Part shown: one piece after another, positions 1-9,077 of the stretch
How the letters are laid out: each line of letters starts with the position of its first letter
Numbering within the stretch: the first letter of the stretch is position 1
Assembly (NCBI GenBank): GCA_964384105.1
Contig: CAYLJV010000001.1
Span: 348,900 to 412,899 of the forward strand
Direction of reading: 5' to 3'
Source of the DNA: Candidatus Hadarchaeota archaeon
GTDB lineage: Archaea; Hadarchaeota; Hadarchaeia; Hadarchaeales; JAGGTB01
Length of the DNA stretch: 64,000 nt
Position numbers and translations under genes: made by a program
The notes under the pieces: generated by a model
The model's input: the letters and a program-made list of their open reading frames with translations, nothing else
What the model was told of the DNA's origin: nothing
Database searches by the model: none

Positions 1-2
1 AG

Positions 3-1334
3 GTTGAGGGTATCGAGATTATGAGAAATTCTGCAGCTATTGGTGGCGTGGCTTTCTTCTTTGGGTTGGATCTCGAGATAGTCGCCGATCTCATGAAACA
101 GTTTTACGGTGGAAAATCGGAGAAGAACGTTACTCTTGCTGAAAAAGGTTATGAATATGCGAAAGAAAATTTTGAGGGAGTTAGAAAGTTAGAAAAACAG
201 GATAGAAAGGAACTTCCATTACTTACAGGAAACCAAGCAATCTCTCTTGGAGCCGCAAAGGCAGGCTTGGATGTTTACTTTGCCTATCCTATGACACCTT
301 CAACTTCGATTCTACACTTTACTGCAGCATATCAGGATGAATTGGACTTAACGGTAGTTCAGCCTGAGAATGAAATTGGTGTCATTAATATGGCCTTAGG
401 TTCCGCTTATGCAGGTGCTAGAACGATGGTCGCGAGTTCGGGCGGAGGCTATGCTCTGATGCAGGAGGCATTAAGTTTAGCTGGGATGAGTGAAAGTCCG
501 ATATTAGTAGTGGAATGTCAGAGAGCTGGTCCTAGCACGGGAGTGCCTACTTACACGGGGCAGGCTGATCTCGATTTTGCTTTAAATTCAGGCCATGGAG
601 AGTTTCCCAGGATAGTCTTGGCTCCGGGAGATCCAGCTGAGGCGTTCTATAGGGCGGGGGAAGCCTTGAATCTCGCGTGGAAATATCAGACTCTTGTTGT
701 TCTTCTTTCTGATAAACATCTCTCGGAGAGTTATATGACATCGCCTTTAGATACCGGAAAAGTCAATATGGAGAAACAGAAACTCGCTCAGAATCCTGGC
801 AAGGATTACGAGAGGTATAAATTTACAGAAGATGGTATTTCTCCTTTAGCTTTCCCAGGAACATCCGAGGCAGTGATTAAGACCACGAGTTATGAGCATA
901 CAGAATTTGGATATACTACTGAGAAACCAGAGGAAATAGCAGCAATGCAGGAGAAGAGAAGGAAGAAATTAGATGCTATCGAAAAGGATGTTTTGAACAG
1001 AGATCCTGTAAATGTGTTTGGCGATGAGGACTCCGATAATATGATTTTGGCGTGGGGCTCTACGAAAGGTGCTGTTTTGGAGACCATGAAGATTTTAGAT
1101 GAGCCACTAAAGTTCGTTCAACCTATTTATCTCAGACCTTTCCCCTCGGATGAAGTCTTGAAACATATGAAAAGTGCGAAGAAGGTAATCGATGTTGAGG
1201 TAAATTCTACTGGTCAATTGGCTGGGCTTATAAAAAAGGAGACTTTGATGACTGTCGATGAGAAAATCTTGAAGTATGATAGTCGTCCGTTCAATCCACC
1301 GGATCTTGCAAAGAGGATAAGTGAGGTGTTGTGA
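3..1334 (+). CDS. korA: 2-oxoacid:ferredoxin oxidoreductase alpha subunit (5'-truncated by window edge)
   Basis: Frame is open from base 3 (VEGIEIM...). Motifs [27 protein letters not shown] and WGST. Adjacent to the beta subunit. Confidence 0.93.
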   Translation, partial: VEGIEIMRNSAAIGGVAFFFGLDLEIVADLMKQFYGGKSEKNVTLAEKGYEYAKENFEGVRKLEKQDRKELPLLTGNQAISLGAAKAGLDVYFAYPMTPSTSILHFTAAYQDELDLTVVQPENEIGVINMALGSAYAGARTMVASSGGGYALMQEALSLAGMSESPILVVECQRAGPSTGVPTYTGQADLDFALNSGHGEFPRIVLAPGDPAEAFYRAGEALNLAWKYQTLVVLLSDKHLSESYMTSPLDTGKVNMEKQKLAQNPGKDYERYKFTEDGISPLAFPGTSEAVIKTTSYEHTEFGYTTEKPEEIAAMQEKRRKKLDAIEKDVLNRDPVNVFGDEDSDNMILAWGSTKGAVLETMKILDEPLKFVQPIYLRPFPSDEVLKHMKSAKKVIDVEVNSTGQLAGLIKKETLMTVDEKILKYDSRPFNPPDLAKRISEVL

Positions 1335-1335
1335 T

Positions 1336-2184
1336 ATGGCACTGGATTTAGATACGCCCGTTGAAAATACATGGTGTCCCGGTTGTGGCAATTTCAGTCT
1401 GTTGCAATCGGTAAAAATGGCCTTTAATGATTTGGTTGATTCGGGAGATAGAAAGTTGGAGAATATAGTAATTTCTTCTGGTATAGGTTGTCATGCTAAA
1501 ATATTTGATTATATCAAGGTCAATGGATTTTATTCTATTCATGGAAGAGTTCCTGCAACGATTTCAGGTATAAAAATCGCGAATCCCGAGCTCGAAGTTA
1601 TAGGTTTTGCGGGAGACGGAGATGCTTACAACGAGGGGGTTAGTCACTTGATCCACGCTGCTAGGAGAAATGTTGATATCACTATGGTGATTCACAACAA
1701 CAGCGTCTATGGTCTTACAACCGGCCAGTTCACCCCTACTAGTCCGAAGGGGTTCAGAGGAAAATCGACTCCTAAGGGTAGCGTTGAGGAACCTATGAAT
1801 CCTCTTCACCTAATACTCGCAAATAAAGCTTCTTTCGTGGCAAGAGGATTTGCCGGAGAAATCAATCATCTTAAAGAATTGATTAAAAGCGCTGTTCTTC
1901 ACAAGGGTTTTTCAATGATCGATGTTTTACAGCCTTGTGTCACTTTCTATAACACTTGGAAGCATTACAAACAGAACGTCTACAAGCTCGAAGAGACAGA
2001 TCACGACACTGGCGGTTTTGATGCGGCGTGGGATATGGCCAAGAAAAAGGACGAAAAGATTCCGATTGGTTTGTTTTACAAGGAAGGGAGAGATACTTTC
2101 GACGATTTAATTTTGAATGGGAAAGTACCGGTGAAAAGAGAGATAGCTCCCGATATTGATTCTGTAATTAAAAACTACATCTGA
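1336..2184 (+). CDS. korB: 2-oxoacid:ferredoxin oxidoreductase beta subunit
   Basis: WCPGCGN, SGIGC, HGR, GDGD...NN TPP motif and QPCVTF. ATG at 1336 follows GAGGTG (1323-1328), so it is preferred over the ORF-track start at 1321. Confidence 0.94.
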   Translation: MALDLDTPVENTWCPGCGNFSLLQSVKMAFNDLVDSGDRKLENIVISSGIGCHAKIFDYIKVNGFYSIHGRVPATISGIKIANPELEVIGFAGDGDAYNEGVSHLIHAARRNVDITMVIHNNSVYGLTTGQFTPTSPKGFRGKSTPKGSVEEPMNPLHLILANKASFVARGFAGEINHLKELIKSAVLHKGFSMIDVLQPCVTFYNTWKHYKQNVYKLEETDHDTGGFDAAWDMAKKKDEKIPIGLFYKEGRDTFDDLILNGKVPVKREIAPDIDSVIKNYI

Positions 2185-2210
2185 AATATTCGGGGAAATT
2201 ATACGAATAA

Positions 2211-2226
2211 AAGCAGAATTTATATT
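2211..2226 (+). promoter_or_regulatory. BRE/TATA promoter of the tRNA gene
   Basis: Purine-rich AAGCAGAA followed by TTTATA (2219-2224), about 30 nt upstream of the tRNA 5' end. Confidence 0.6.
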
Positions 2227-2251
2227 TGTTATTTTCAACATCTTGATGTTA

Positions 2252-2347
2252 GGGCCCGTAGCTTAGTCCGGTTAGAGCGCCCGACCAATAGAAATTGGGG
2301 CGAAGCTCATAACCGGGTGGTCGAGGGTTCGAATCCCTCCGGGCCCA
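2252..2347 (+). tRNA. trnI: tRNA-Ile2 (anticodon CAU, agmatidine type) with a 21-nt intron between positions 30 and 31
   Basis: Acceptor stem GGGCCCG/CGGGCCC, D stem GCTT/GAGC, T arm GAGGG-TTCGAAT-CCCTC. Removing 2284-2304 gives anticodon arm CCCGG-CTCATAA-CCGGG. The body closely resembles archaeal Ile2 tRNAs as I recall them (elongator Met begins GCC). CCA is not encoded. Confidence 0.93.
2284..2304 (+). other. Archaeal tRNA intron with strict hBHBh' motif
   Basis: h: GAG 2275-77 with CTC 2306-08. H: CGCC 2278-81 with GGCG 2299-2302. Bulges CG/A and AA/G. h': CCAAT/ATTGG closing an AGAA loop. Confidence 0.9.
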
Positions 2348-2494
2348 CTAATTTTTCTGATTAGTTATATCTTCAGATATAAAATATTATTATCGAAGTA
2401 AGCTGTTGGTTTTTAAATTTTGAAGTATTTGTTACTATCAACAAAGCTGGGAAAGGTGTCATCTAGTCTTAAAGAGGTAAATGCGGGTGATACA

Positions 2495-3721
2495 TTGAAA
2501 AAAATTATTGGTATTGTGGTAATTGTTTTAATTGGATTCACTTTCGCTCTACAAACCCAATTCTGGAAAGATGACTCGACTTCGTCTGATATTCCTTCTG
2601 AAGAAACTTGGAACAATACTTATGGCACACGTGGTTGGGATGGATTAAATTCTATTATAGAAACTAGTGGTGGAGAATACGTTCTTGCGGGATATTCTAA
2701 CAGTAAAGCTTGGATACTAAAAACTGATAATCTTGGAAATGAAGTTTGGAGCAGATACTATTTCGGTGAGGGAATAAAGGATGATAAGGCAGTGTCTCTT
2801 ATTGAGACGGATGATGGAGGTTATGCTATAGCTGGGCAAACTTATGTTCCTGGTGATAGTAATACTGATTCTTGGTTAATGAAGGTAGATGTGACGGGTG
2901 AAAAGGTTTGGGAGAAAAGCTATTCGACTGAGGATAGGGATAAAGTCTGGTCACTTGTCCAAACTGGGGATGGTGGCTATGTATTTGCTGGACAAAAGGA
3001 GGTAAAGGGGAATGGTGGCATAGATGCATGGCTGGTAAGGACGGATAGTAAAGGGAATGAGTTGTGGAGTAATACATATGGTGGTCCAGATTATGACATT
3101 AGCGTCTGGGATGAAGCTTGGTCTGTTATCCAAACTGAAGATGGAGGATTTGTTCTTTGTGGTCAGAAGCAGAATCCAGATAAAGGGGATGTAGATGCAT
3201 GGCTGTTTAAGACTGATAGTTCTGGAAGGAAGGTTTGGAGTAAAACATATGATCTTCAAGGCTGGGATGAAGCTTGGCAGGTTGTTCAAACTTCTGACGG
3301 TGGGTTTGCTTTAGCTGGTCAGACTCATTTTTTTGAAGAGGGAATAATAGATTCTTGGTTACTTAAGACTGATAAGTCAGGCAATCAGCTTTGGATAAGA
3401 GATTATGGTACTGAAGGATGGGAGAAAATCTGGTCCCTCGTTCAGACTCAGGATGATGGCTTTGCTATGGCTGGTCAGAAACAGTATCTTGATAACGATA
3501 TTGTTGAAGCCTGGGTTCTAAGGACCGATGATTCTGGAAAGGAGTTATGGAGCAAAACTTTTAGAGGATCTCATTATGGTAGTGAAGTTTGGGATAAAGT
3601 CCAGATGATTATACAAACCAATGACGGTGGCTTTGGTATAGTGGGGGGGACGTCTACTACCGATAACAATCGCCTAGATGGTTGGTTTATAAAAACAGAT
3701 GAGGATGGTAGTGGCTTATAG
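2495..3721 (+). CDS. Secreted/membrane-anchored beta-propeller repeat protein
   Basis: TTG at 2495 after GGGTGA. N-terminal KK plus hydrophobic helix. Seven ~50-aa repeats of SxxQTxDGG(Y/F)xxAG...WLxKTDxxGxxxWxxxY. Confidence 0.75.
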   Translation: MKKIIGIVVIVLIGFTFALQTQFWKDDSTSSDIPSEETWNNTYGTRGWDGLNSIIETSGGEYVLAGYSNSKAWILKTDNLGNEVWSRYYFGEGIKDDKAVSLIETDDGGYAIAGQTYVPGDSNTDSWLMKVDVTGEKVWEKSYSTEDRDKVWSLVQTGDGGYVFAGQKEVKGNGGIDAWLVRTDSKGNELWSNTYGGPDYDISVWDEAWSVIQTEDGGFVLCGQKQNPDKGDVDAWLFKTDSSGRKVWSKTYDLQGWDEAWQVVQTSDGGFALAGQTHFFEEGIIDSWLLKTDKSGNQLWIRDYGTEGWEKIWSLVQTQDDGFAMAGQKQYLDNDIVEAWVLRTDDSGKELWSKTFRGSHYGSEVWDKVQMIIQTNDGGFGIVGGTSTTDNNRLDGWFIKTDEDGSGL

Positions 3722-3819
3722 CTTCTATTAGTTTTTTCTGCGCGTAGCTTGCTCTGTTGGTTTTGCTTTTAGAGAATTATAAAAGCTGTAGTTCCTACTT
3801 ATTAATTAAAAGATTTGTT

Positions 3820-4926
3820 ATGAAAATCAGAGATCGTATAATTTTGCATATTGATATGGATTCTTTTTTTGCTTCCGTAGAATCTAAAAGAAGGGGGATT
3901 ATCGATGAACCTATAGTAATATGCGTGTATTCTGGAAGATCTGAGGACTCCGGAGCAGTTTCGACCGCTAATTATCTGGCTAGAGAATACGGTATAAAAG
4001 CCGGAATGCCTATTAGACGAGCAAAAAAGATCGCCAAAGAGAATGAAGAGGAATTAGGTAAAAAATTTCATTTTATACCGGTTGATAAAGAGTACTACAA
4101 AAAGGTTTCAGAAGAGATAAGATCCAAGATACTTGAAAATTACGCTGATAGAATGGAACAGGCTTCTATAGATGAGTTTTATTTGGATATTTCTGATGAA
4201 GTAGATAATTGGGAGGAGGCTGGAGAGATAGGCGACAATATAAAAGAGAGTGTGAAGAAGAACTTTGATTTGTCGTGTTCGGTAGGTATTGGTCCAAATA
4301 AGTTAGTTGCGAAAATTGCTTCTGACAGAAACAAACCTGACGGCCTGACTTTGGTAAAGACGGAGAATGTTAAAGATTTCTTGTTTTCATTGGATCTTGA
4401 AGATATCCATGGAATTGGGAGTAAAACTGTGGAGCGCCTTTTTTCTTTAGGAATTTATTCCGTTAGAGACCTTTCAAAAGCGAATGTCAGGTCACTTATT
4501 GAAGAATTTGGTGAAAATTTAGGACCAAAACTAAAGATGAAGTCAAAGGGCATCGACGATTCGGAGGTAAAAGAAAGACGTCAGAAGCAGTTTTCTCGGA
4601 TTACTACTTTGAAGGAGAATAGTAATGATTTTGAATATATAAGTGGCTATCTTGAAGATTTAGCCAGTGAGCTTGAAAAAAGGTTAGGAAGAGAGAATCT
4701 TTTTGCTGAAAAGACAGCACTGATCACCATTGATACTAACCTAAAGATGAGAACTCGTTCAAAGAACTTTGACGTACCCTCCAGAAAAAGGGAAATAATC
4801 CTATCTGTTGGTTCGGAATTATTGAAAGAGTTTCTTAATGATTTTGACGGAGAGATAAGAAGAGTTGGTTTGAGAGTTATGGACTTAAAGGAATTGGATG
4901 GTCAGAAGAAATTGTTAGATTTTTGA
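3820..4926 (+). CDS. dinB: Y-family DNA polymerase IV (DinB/Dpo4)
   Basis: HIDMDSFFASVE, STANYxAR, SIDEFYLD, SVGIGPNKLVAKIASD, KPDG, and HhH motif IHGIG. ATG at 3820. Confidence 0.95.
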   Translation: MKIRDRIILHIDMDSFFASVESKRRGIIDEPIVICVYSGRSEDSGAVSTANYLAREYGIKAGMPIRRAKKIAKENEEELGKKFHFIPVDKEYYKKVSEEIRSKILENYADRMEQASIDEFYLDISDEVDNWEEAGEIGDNIKESVKKNFDLSCSVGIGPNKLVAKIASDRNKPDGLTLVKTENVKDFLFSLDLEDIHGIGSKTVERLFSLGIYSVRDLSKANVRSLIEEFGENLGPKLKMKSKGIDDSEVKERRQKQFSRITTLKENSNDFEYISGYLEDLASELEKRLGRENLFAEKTALITIDTNLKMRTRSKNFDVPSRKREIILSVGSELLKEFLNDFDGEIRRVGLRVMDLKELDGQKKLLDF

Positions 4927-4936
4927 AATACTTTTG

Positions 4937-5587
4937 TTATTCTGATTTTCGGGATGCGAAGAATATAACTATTAACAAGACTGTTATCGCGCTTCCTACT
5001 CCAACTATCAGATGGGGGAAAGGAATTCTAGAAAGGATTCCCGATAGAGATTCTCTAAATCTTAATGAAAAGAGACCAAAAAAGAAGGCTATTCCTCCCG
5101 AGGGAATAATTAGAGCTAAAAGATACTTGGATTGATTTGAAAATATCTCATAAATTCTTTTTTCGGAGACTTCCTTTTCTTCCATTTCTGAACCATTTTT
5201 TTTGAATTGATTTAAGCTATAGATCAATAGGTTTCCAATTATTACTAGAACCCCGATAGCTAGAGTTGCTTCTATGGAAAGATAGTTCTCTATATTTGCC
5301 CCAATTCTTAAGAGCAAATCTATTTGAGAAAAGGAGAGAGCGGAAGGGAGATAAAATAGTACCGATAATACGTGGATCACTAGAAGATTTTTCCATTTTC
5401 TGAACATGAGTAAATAGATTATGAGTACAAGGAGTCCGGGTAGGAAAATAATATATCCATATCTTGGGAGACTGAGTAGAATTGTTCCAAGATTTCTATA
5501 AAGGGAAGTTTGTGAGAACGAATAAATTGCTGCGCTGAAAGTTGAAAATGTGATTCCTAATTGGGGAAGGTAATAATAAGATTTCAT
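4937..5587 (-). CDS. Hypothetical multi-pass membrane protein (last gene of MoxR operon)
   Basis: Several hydrophobic helices; 4-nt overlap with the DUF58 gene. Confidence 0.7.
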   Translation of the reverse strand: MKSYYYLPQLGITFSTFSAAIYSFSQTSLYRNLGTILLSLPRYGYIIFLPGLLVLIIYLLMFRKWKNLLVIHVLSVLFYLPSALSFSQIDLLLRIGANIENYLSIEATLAIGVLVIIGNLLIYSLNQFKKNGSEMEEKEVSEKRIYEIFSNQSKYLLALIIPSGGIAFFFGLFSLRFRESLSGILSRIPFPHLIVGVGSAITVLLIVIFFASRKSE

Positions 5588-6987
5588 CTTCTCATTTTCC
5601 CCCTTAAAAGCGCCTGTGTGAAGCTTTCTTTTGATGGTTTCCAGTCAATCCATTTAACGTACTGTTTTAGATTTTTTACAGCCTGATCGTTTTTGACTTG
5701 TAGAATTTTTTGTAACGTTTGTTCTTTCCAAGTATTTTCTATAGAACCGTAATCCGCTACATTTACAATCATTATCGGTAGTTCTTTCTTCCTCGCTCGT
5801 ATATGCTTTGATATTTCTTTTATTCCATTTTTCTGAGCGTCTGTATTTTCTGTTGTAAACCGAGTTATGATTATAGAGAATATTTTATATCCGGACATAT
5901 ATTTTCTACACTTTGTAACGGCGTTCTGTAGATCCCCCTTAGCCGAGATCTTAGTGGTTCTGCTTTTCGGTCCGCGCTTTTTTATTCCTAGTGGTTCTGA
6001 TTCACTCACCATTTCCGATTTTCCTTTTCTCTCAACTTTTGGACTATCTCTAACAACTTTTAGGTCTAGAATTTCTCTCAGGATTTCGAGGTATTGTCTT
6101 TTCCCTGTTCCGGGCTTTACCATTTCTATTCCACCGTCATACGCACAGAAACCAACTTTATTTCCTTGACTCAGATAGAAGTATGATAGACTATTAGCAG
6201 CTTCAAGAGCATATTCGAAAACGTTTCCTACGGATGTTCCAAGAGCCATAGTTGAGGATTTATCCAGAAATATCCATACTAAAGCCTTCCCTTCTTTTTC
6301 GTAGTCATTTATCATTGGCCAGCATGTATTACCACTGATGTTCCTAGCAGTTGCTTTCCAGTTTATTCGGCTGAAAGGATCGCCTGGGGTATACTCCTGA
6401 AGCTCTTTTATTTCCATTGTGGGTATACCTATCTTTGGTCCGAAGGTGCTAGGAGTAGGAATCTTTGAAGAGCTTACTGTTCCCCTCACTCTTTTTGCAT
6501 CTAATAACCTGGGTTTTACAGTTATTTTACGTTCACAGTCTTTACCTTCTTCAATCGATCCGATACCGAGTGGGTGATAGGATTTCCACCTTACACCGTC
6601 TAATTCGTATACCCCTCTTTTGGTACATTTGTAAATGTAATTCAACTCATCTTCCACAGGGTCTTTCCCTTTCCAGATAACTTTGTAGTTATTTCCATCT
6701 ACTAATTCGAATTCTTCGGGTAGATCATCTATTATCTCAACTATTCCCCTTCCCCCATTGATCTTTACTTTAGTCTTGCTCGTGACTGTTTCATTCAGAT
6801 TTATGTTCTCTTTTTCGGGTTCTCTAATTATTTCGATCTTATGTGGTTGTTTTAAGATGAAGCTATGAAAAACGAGCAATAATGATACTAGTCCCATACT
6901 CACTAGAACGATATTGCCGAAGAGTAAACCAGAAAAAAAGAAGATTACGAAAAATATTATTAATCCAAGAGAAATTTTAGTTTTCAA
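5584..6987 (-). CDS. DUF58 family protein
   Basis: N-terminal TM pair, Ig-like region, ELQEYTPGDPFSRINWKATAR and IFLDKSSTM motifs; directly follows MoxR. Confidence 0.88.
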   Translation of the reverse strand: MKTKISLGLIIFFVIFFFSGLLFGNIVLVSMGLVSLLLVFHSFILKQPHKIEIIREPEKENINLNETVTSKTKVKINGGRGIVEIIDDLPEEFELVDGNNYKVIWKGKDPVEDELNYIYKCTKRGVYELDGVRWKSYHPLGIGSIEEGKDCERKITVKPRLLDAKRVRGTVSSSKIPTPSTFGPKIGIPTMEIKELQEYTPGDPFSRINWKATARNISGNTCWPMINDYEKEGKALVWIFLDKSSTMALGTSVGNVFEYALEAANSLSYFYLSQGNKVGFCAYDGGIEMVKPGTGKRQYLEILREILDLKVVRDSPKVERKGKSEMVSESEPLGIKKRGPKSRTTKISAKGDLQNAVTKCRKYMSGYKIFSIIITRFTTENTDAQKNGIKEISKHIRARKKELPIMIVNVADYGSIENTWKEQTLQKILQVKNDQAVKNLKQYVKWIDWKPSKESFTQALLRGKMRR

Positions 6988-6991
6988 TTCT

Positions 6992-7963
6992 TCACCTCGA
7001 TTTGTATTTCCTCGGAGCTTCCACGTTTTCGGTAATTTCTTTTAGTATATCATCTGCACGGATTCCTTCTAGCATGTGCTCGGACGATAGTATTACTCTG
7101 TGTGATAGGGCGTCTTTTACGAAAGTTTTTACATCTTCCGGAATTACAAAGTCTCTCCCCTCGATTAGGGCCATTGCCCTCGATAATCTTAGAAGGGCTA
7201 ATCCACCTCGCGGGCTTGCCCCCACTTCGATCTTTGGGTGTTCTCTCGTTTTCCTAACTATCCTGACTATATATTCAAGAATGTTATCGTGCACAAATAT
7301 CGAGTTTTCGACTTCTTCTTGAATTTCCCTGAAATTATCCTGCGTCATTACGTTTTTAACTTCTTCACTTGGGTCGTCAGCTTTCCAGTTTATTCTTCTC
7401 TTTAATATTCGGATTTCATCTTCTTGTTTATCCATGTACCCCAATGATAATTTTATCAAAAATCGATCTAGCTGTGCTTCGGGAAGAGGGTACGTGCCTT
7501 CTAATTCCAGTGGATTCTGGGTCGCCAATACAAAAAACGGTGATTTAAGCTTGTGGAGTGTTCCCTCAATTGTTACCTGTTTTTCTTCCATGGCTTCAAG
7601 GAGTGCTGCTTGTGTTTTGGGAGTTGCTCTGTTTATCTCATCTGCTAGGATGACATTACTGAATATCGGCCCCTTTTCCAATTTGAATTCAGCCTTACCA
7701 GGTTGCCAGACACGAGTCCCAATTATATCTGCGGGCATAAGATCTGGGGTGAATTGAATTCTTTTCCATTTACAGCCTATAGTTTTTGAGAGTAACTTGG
7801 TGAGAAGAGTTTTTCCTAGTCCAGGATAGTCCTCAAATAGAACATGACCATTAGCCAAGCTAGCACATAACACTTTTTTCACTGTATCTTGCTTTCCAAC
7901 GAAAATTTCTCCGATGGAATCTAGAATTTCTTCACATCTTTTTTTTGCCTTTTCAATTTTCAT
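6992..7963 (-). CDS. moxR: MoxR-family AAA+ ATPase
   Basis: EDYPGLGKT, RIQFTPDLMPADIIG, LADEINRATPKTQAALLEAM, ATQNPLE and LPEAQLDRF. Confidence 0.95.
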   Translation of the reverse strand: MKIEKAKKRCEEILDSIGEIFVGKQDTVKKVLCASLANGHVLFEDYPGLGKTLLTKLLSKTIGCKWKRIQFTPDLMPADIIGTRVWQPGKAEFKLEKGPIFSNVILADEINRATPKTQAALLEAMEEKQVTIEGTLHKLKSPFFVLATQNPLELEGTYPLPEAQLDRFLIKLSLGYMDKQEDEIRILKRRINWKADDPSEEVKNVMTQDNFREIQEEVENSIFVHDNILEYIVRIVRKTREHPKIEVGASPRGGLALLRLSRAMALIEGRDFVIPEDVKTFVKDALSHRVILSSEHMLEGIRADDILKEITENVEAPRKYKSR

Positions 7964-7967
7964 GGTG

Positions 7968-9077
7968 TTACTCTTCCTCTATTTTTTCAATTGTTTTTTC
8001 CAAGACGTCTTTTCTTCTTTTTTTGTTCTTTTTCTTTACTTTCTCCTTTGTCCAGCGACTGAGTATTGGTGATGGTTCTAGGTCTTCATATTCTAATAAT
8101 TCCTTTATTTGATAGAATATTTGAGTCCAGCTTTTTTCCTTTCGGCTCTCACGGAAGATCAAGTAAACTATTATTTTCTCTTTTGAGCCGTTCTCTAAGA
8201 ATTCTTCCATCGCTTTTAGTATCTCTTCTCTTTTTTTATCTTGGAGGACTCTTTCGACTTTTTGATGAGGGGTCCAGGATTCTTTTGTTTTTTCTCTGCT
8301 TCTTATATCTTGGAGTATCTTAAGGAATCCTACTATACCCAAACCAATTACTATTGACCATTCTAGTAAAAGAAGCCTTGAACCTATTGACCCCTCTAGA
8401 TAGGACCTTAGTCCAAATACATAGAAGCCGATGAAGCTACCTACAATAAAAGATAGGATGTGGAAGACATCTTTTTCCAATAAGGAATGGGGATTTTGCT
8501 TGTTTTTATAGAGAAATATGAATCCCCCGGCAACGAAAATGAGTCCCAGAAATACTGAATTTGCTATCATGGTGGCTAAGGATTCCCCAAAAATCTCGAT
8601 TTGATTTGGAAATAGAGCTAGGGAAAGATTTCTGGAAAAAAAACCAAGGACAACAATGGTTGTCGACTTTAAGGCGGTTGAGAGTGATTTGTTCTCTTCT
8701 ATTCCAGAAGAGAAGATGTAGTAGAGGGAAATGAGAATAGATAGGTATAGGATGGGTTGGGCAGCTGAATTTAGTAATGAAAGAAAGGGTGTATTATCTA
8801 TAAGCAAGAAAACGAAGAGTCCAATCATCAGGAAGTGCAATGAGACTTTTAGCGTCAAAATCAGATTTCCTTCAAAGATATATCCGATTATTTCCGAAAA
8901 AATGTATATTATTATTGCTGTTATTGCAGGTAGAACTATAAACGCAGCGTCGATCCCGTATATCAAATTAAATATCCCGTTTTCGCTGTAAAAGGAATAG
9001 ATGATTATTGCGAGTATTACTGAGAAAATCATTTTTTTGTAGCTTGTTTTGTCTTCGCCGCAATCTTCTTCTTTCAC
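7968..9077 (-). CDS. Hypothetical membrane protein
   Basis: About 7 hydrophobic segments then a charged C-terminal domain; overlaps the transglutaminase gene stop. Confidence 0.7.
   Translation of the reverse strand: MKEEDCGEDKTSYKKMIFSVILAIIIYSFYSENGIFNLIYGIDAAFIVLPAITAIIIYIFSEIIGYIFEGNLILTLKVSLHFLMIGLFVFLLIDNTPFLSLLNSAAQPILYLSILISLYYIFSSGIEENKSLSTALKSTTIVVLGFFSRNLSLALFPNQIEIFGESLATMIANSVFLGLIFVAGGFIFLYKNKQNPHSLLEKDVFHILSFIVGSFIGFYVFGLRSYLEGSIGSRLLLLEWSIVIGLGIVGFLKILQDIRSREKTKESWTPHQKVERVLQDKKREEILKAMEEFLENGSKEKIIVYLIFRESRKEKSWTQIFYQIKELLEYEDLEPSPILSRWTKEKVKKKNKKRRKDVLEKTIEKIEEE

Noticed and set aside
2306-2312. tRNA-Met call from the CAT anticodon
   Set aside because: The acceptor stem GGGCCCG and body match Ile2-type tRNAs, not initiator (A1-U72, three GC pairs) or elongator Met.
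2600-3720. Possible DNA tandem repeat or CRISPR-like array in the propeller gene
   Set aside because: The repeats are degenerate protein-level blades with no fixed-length identical DNA repeat.
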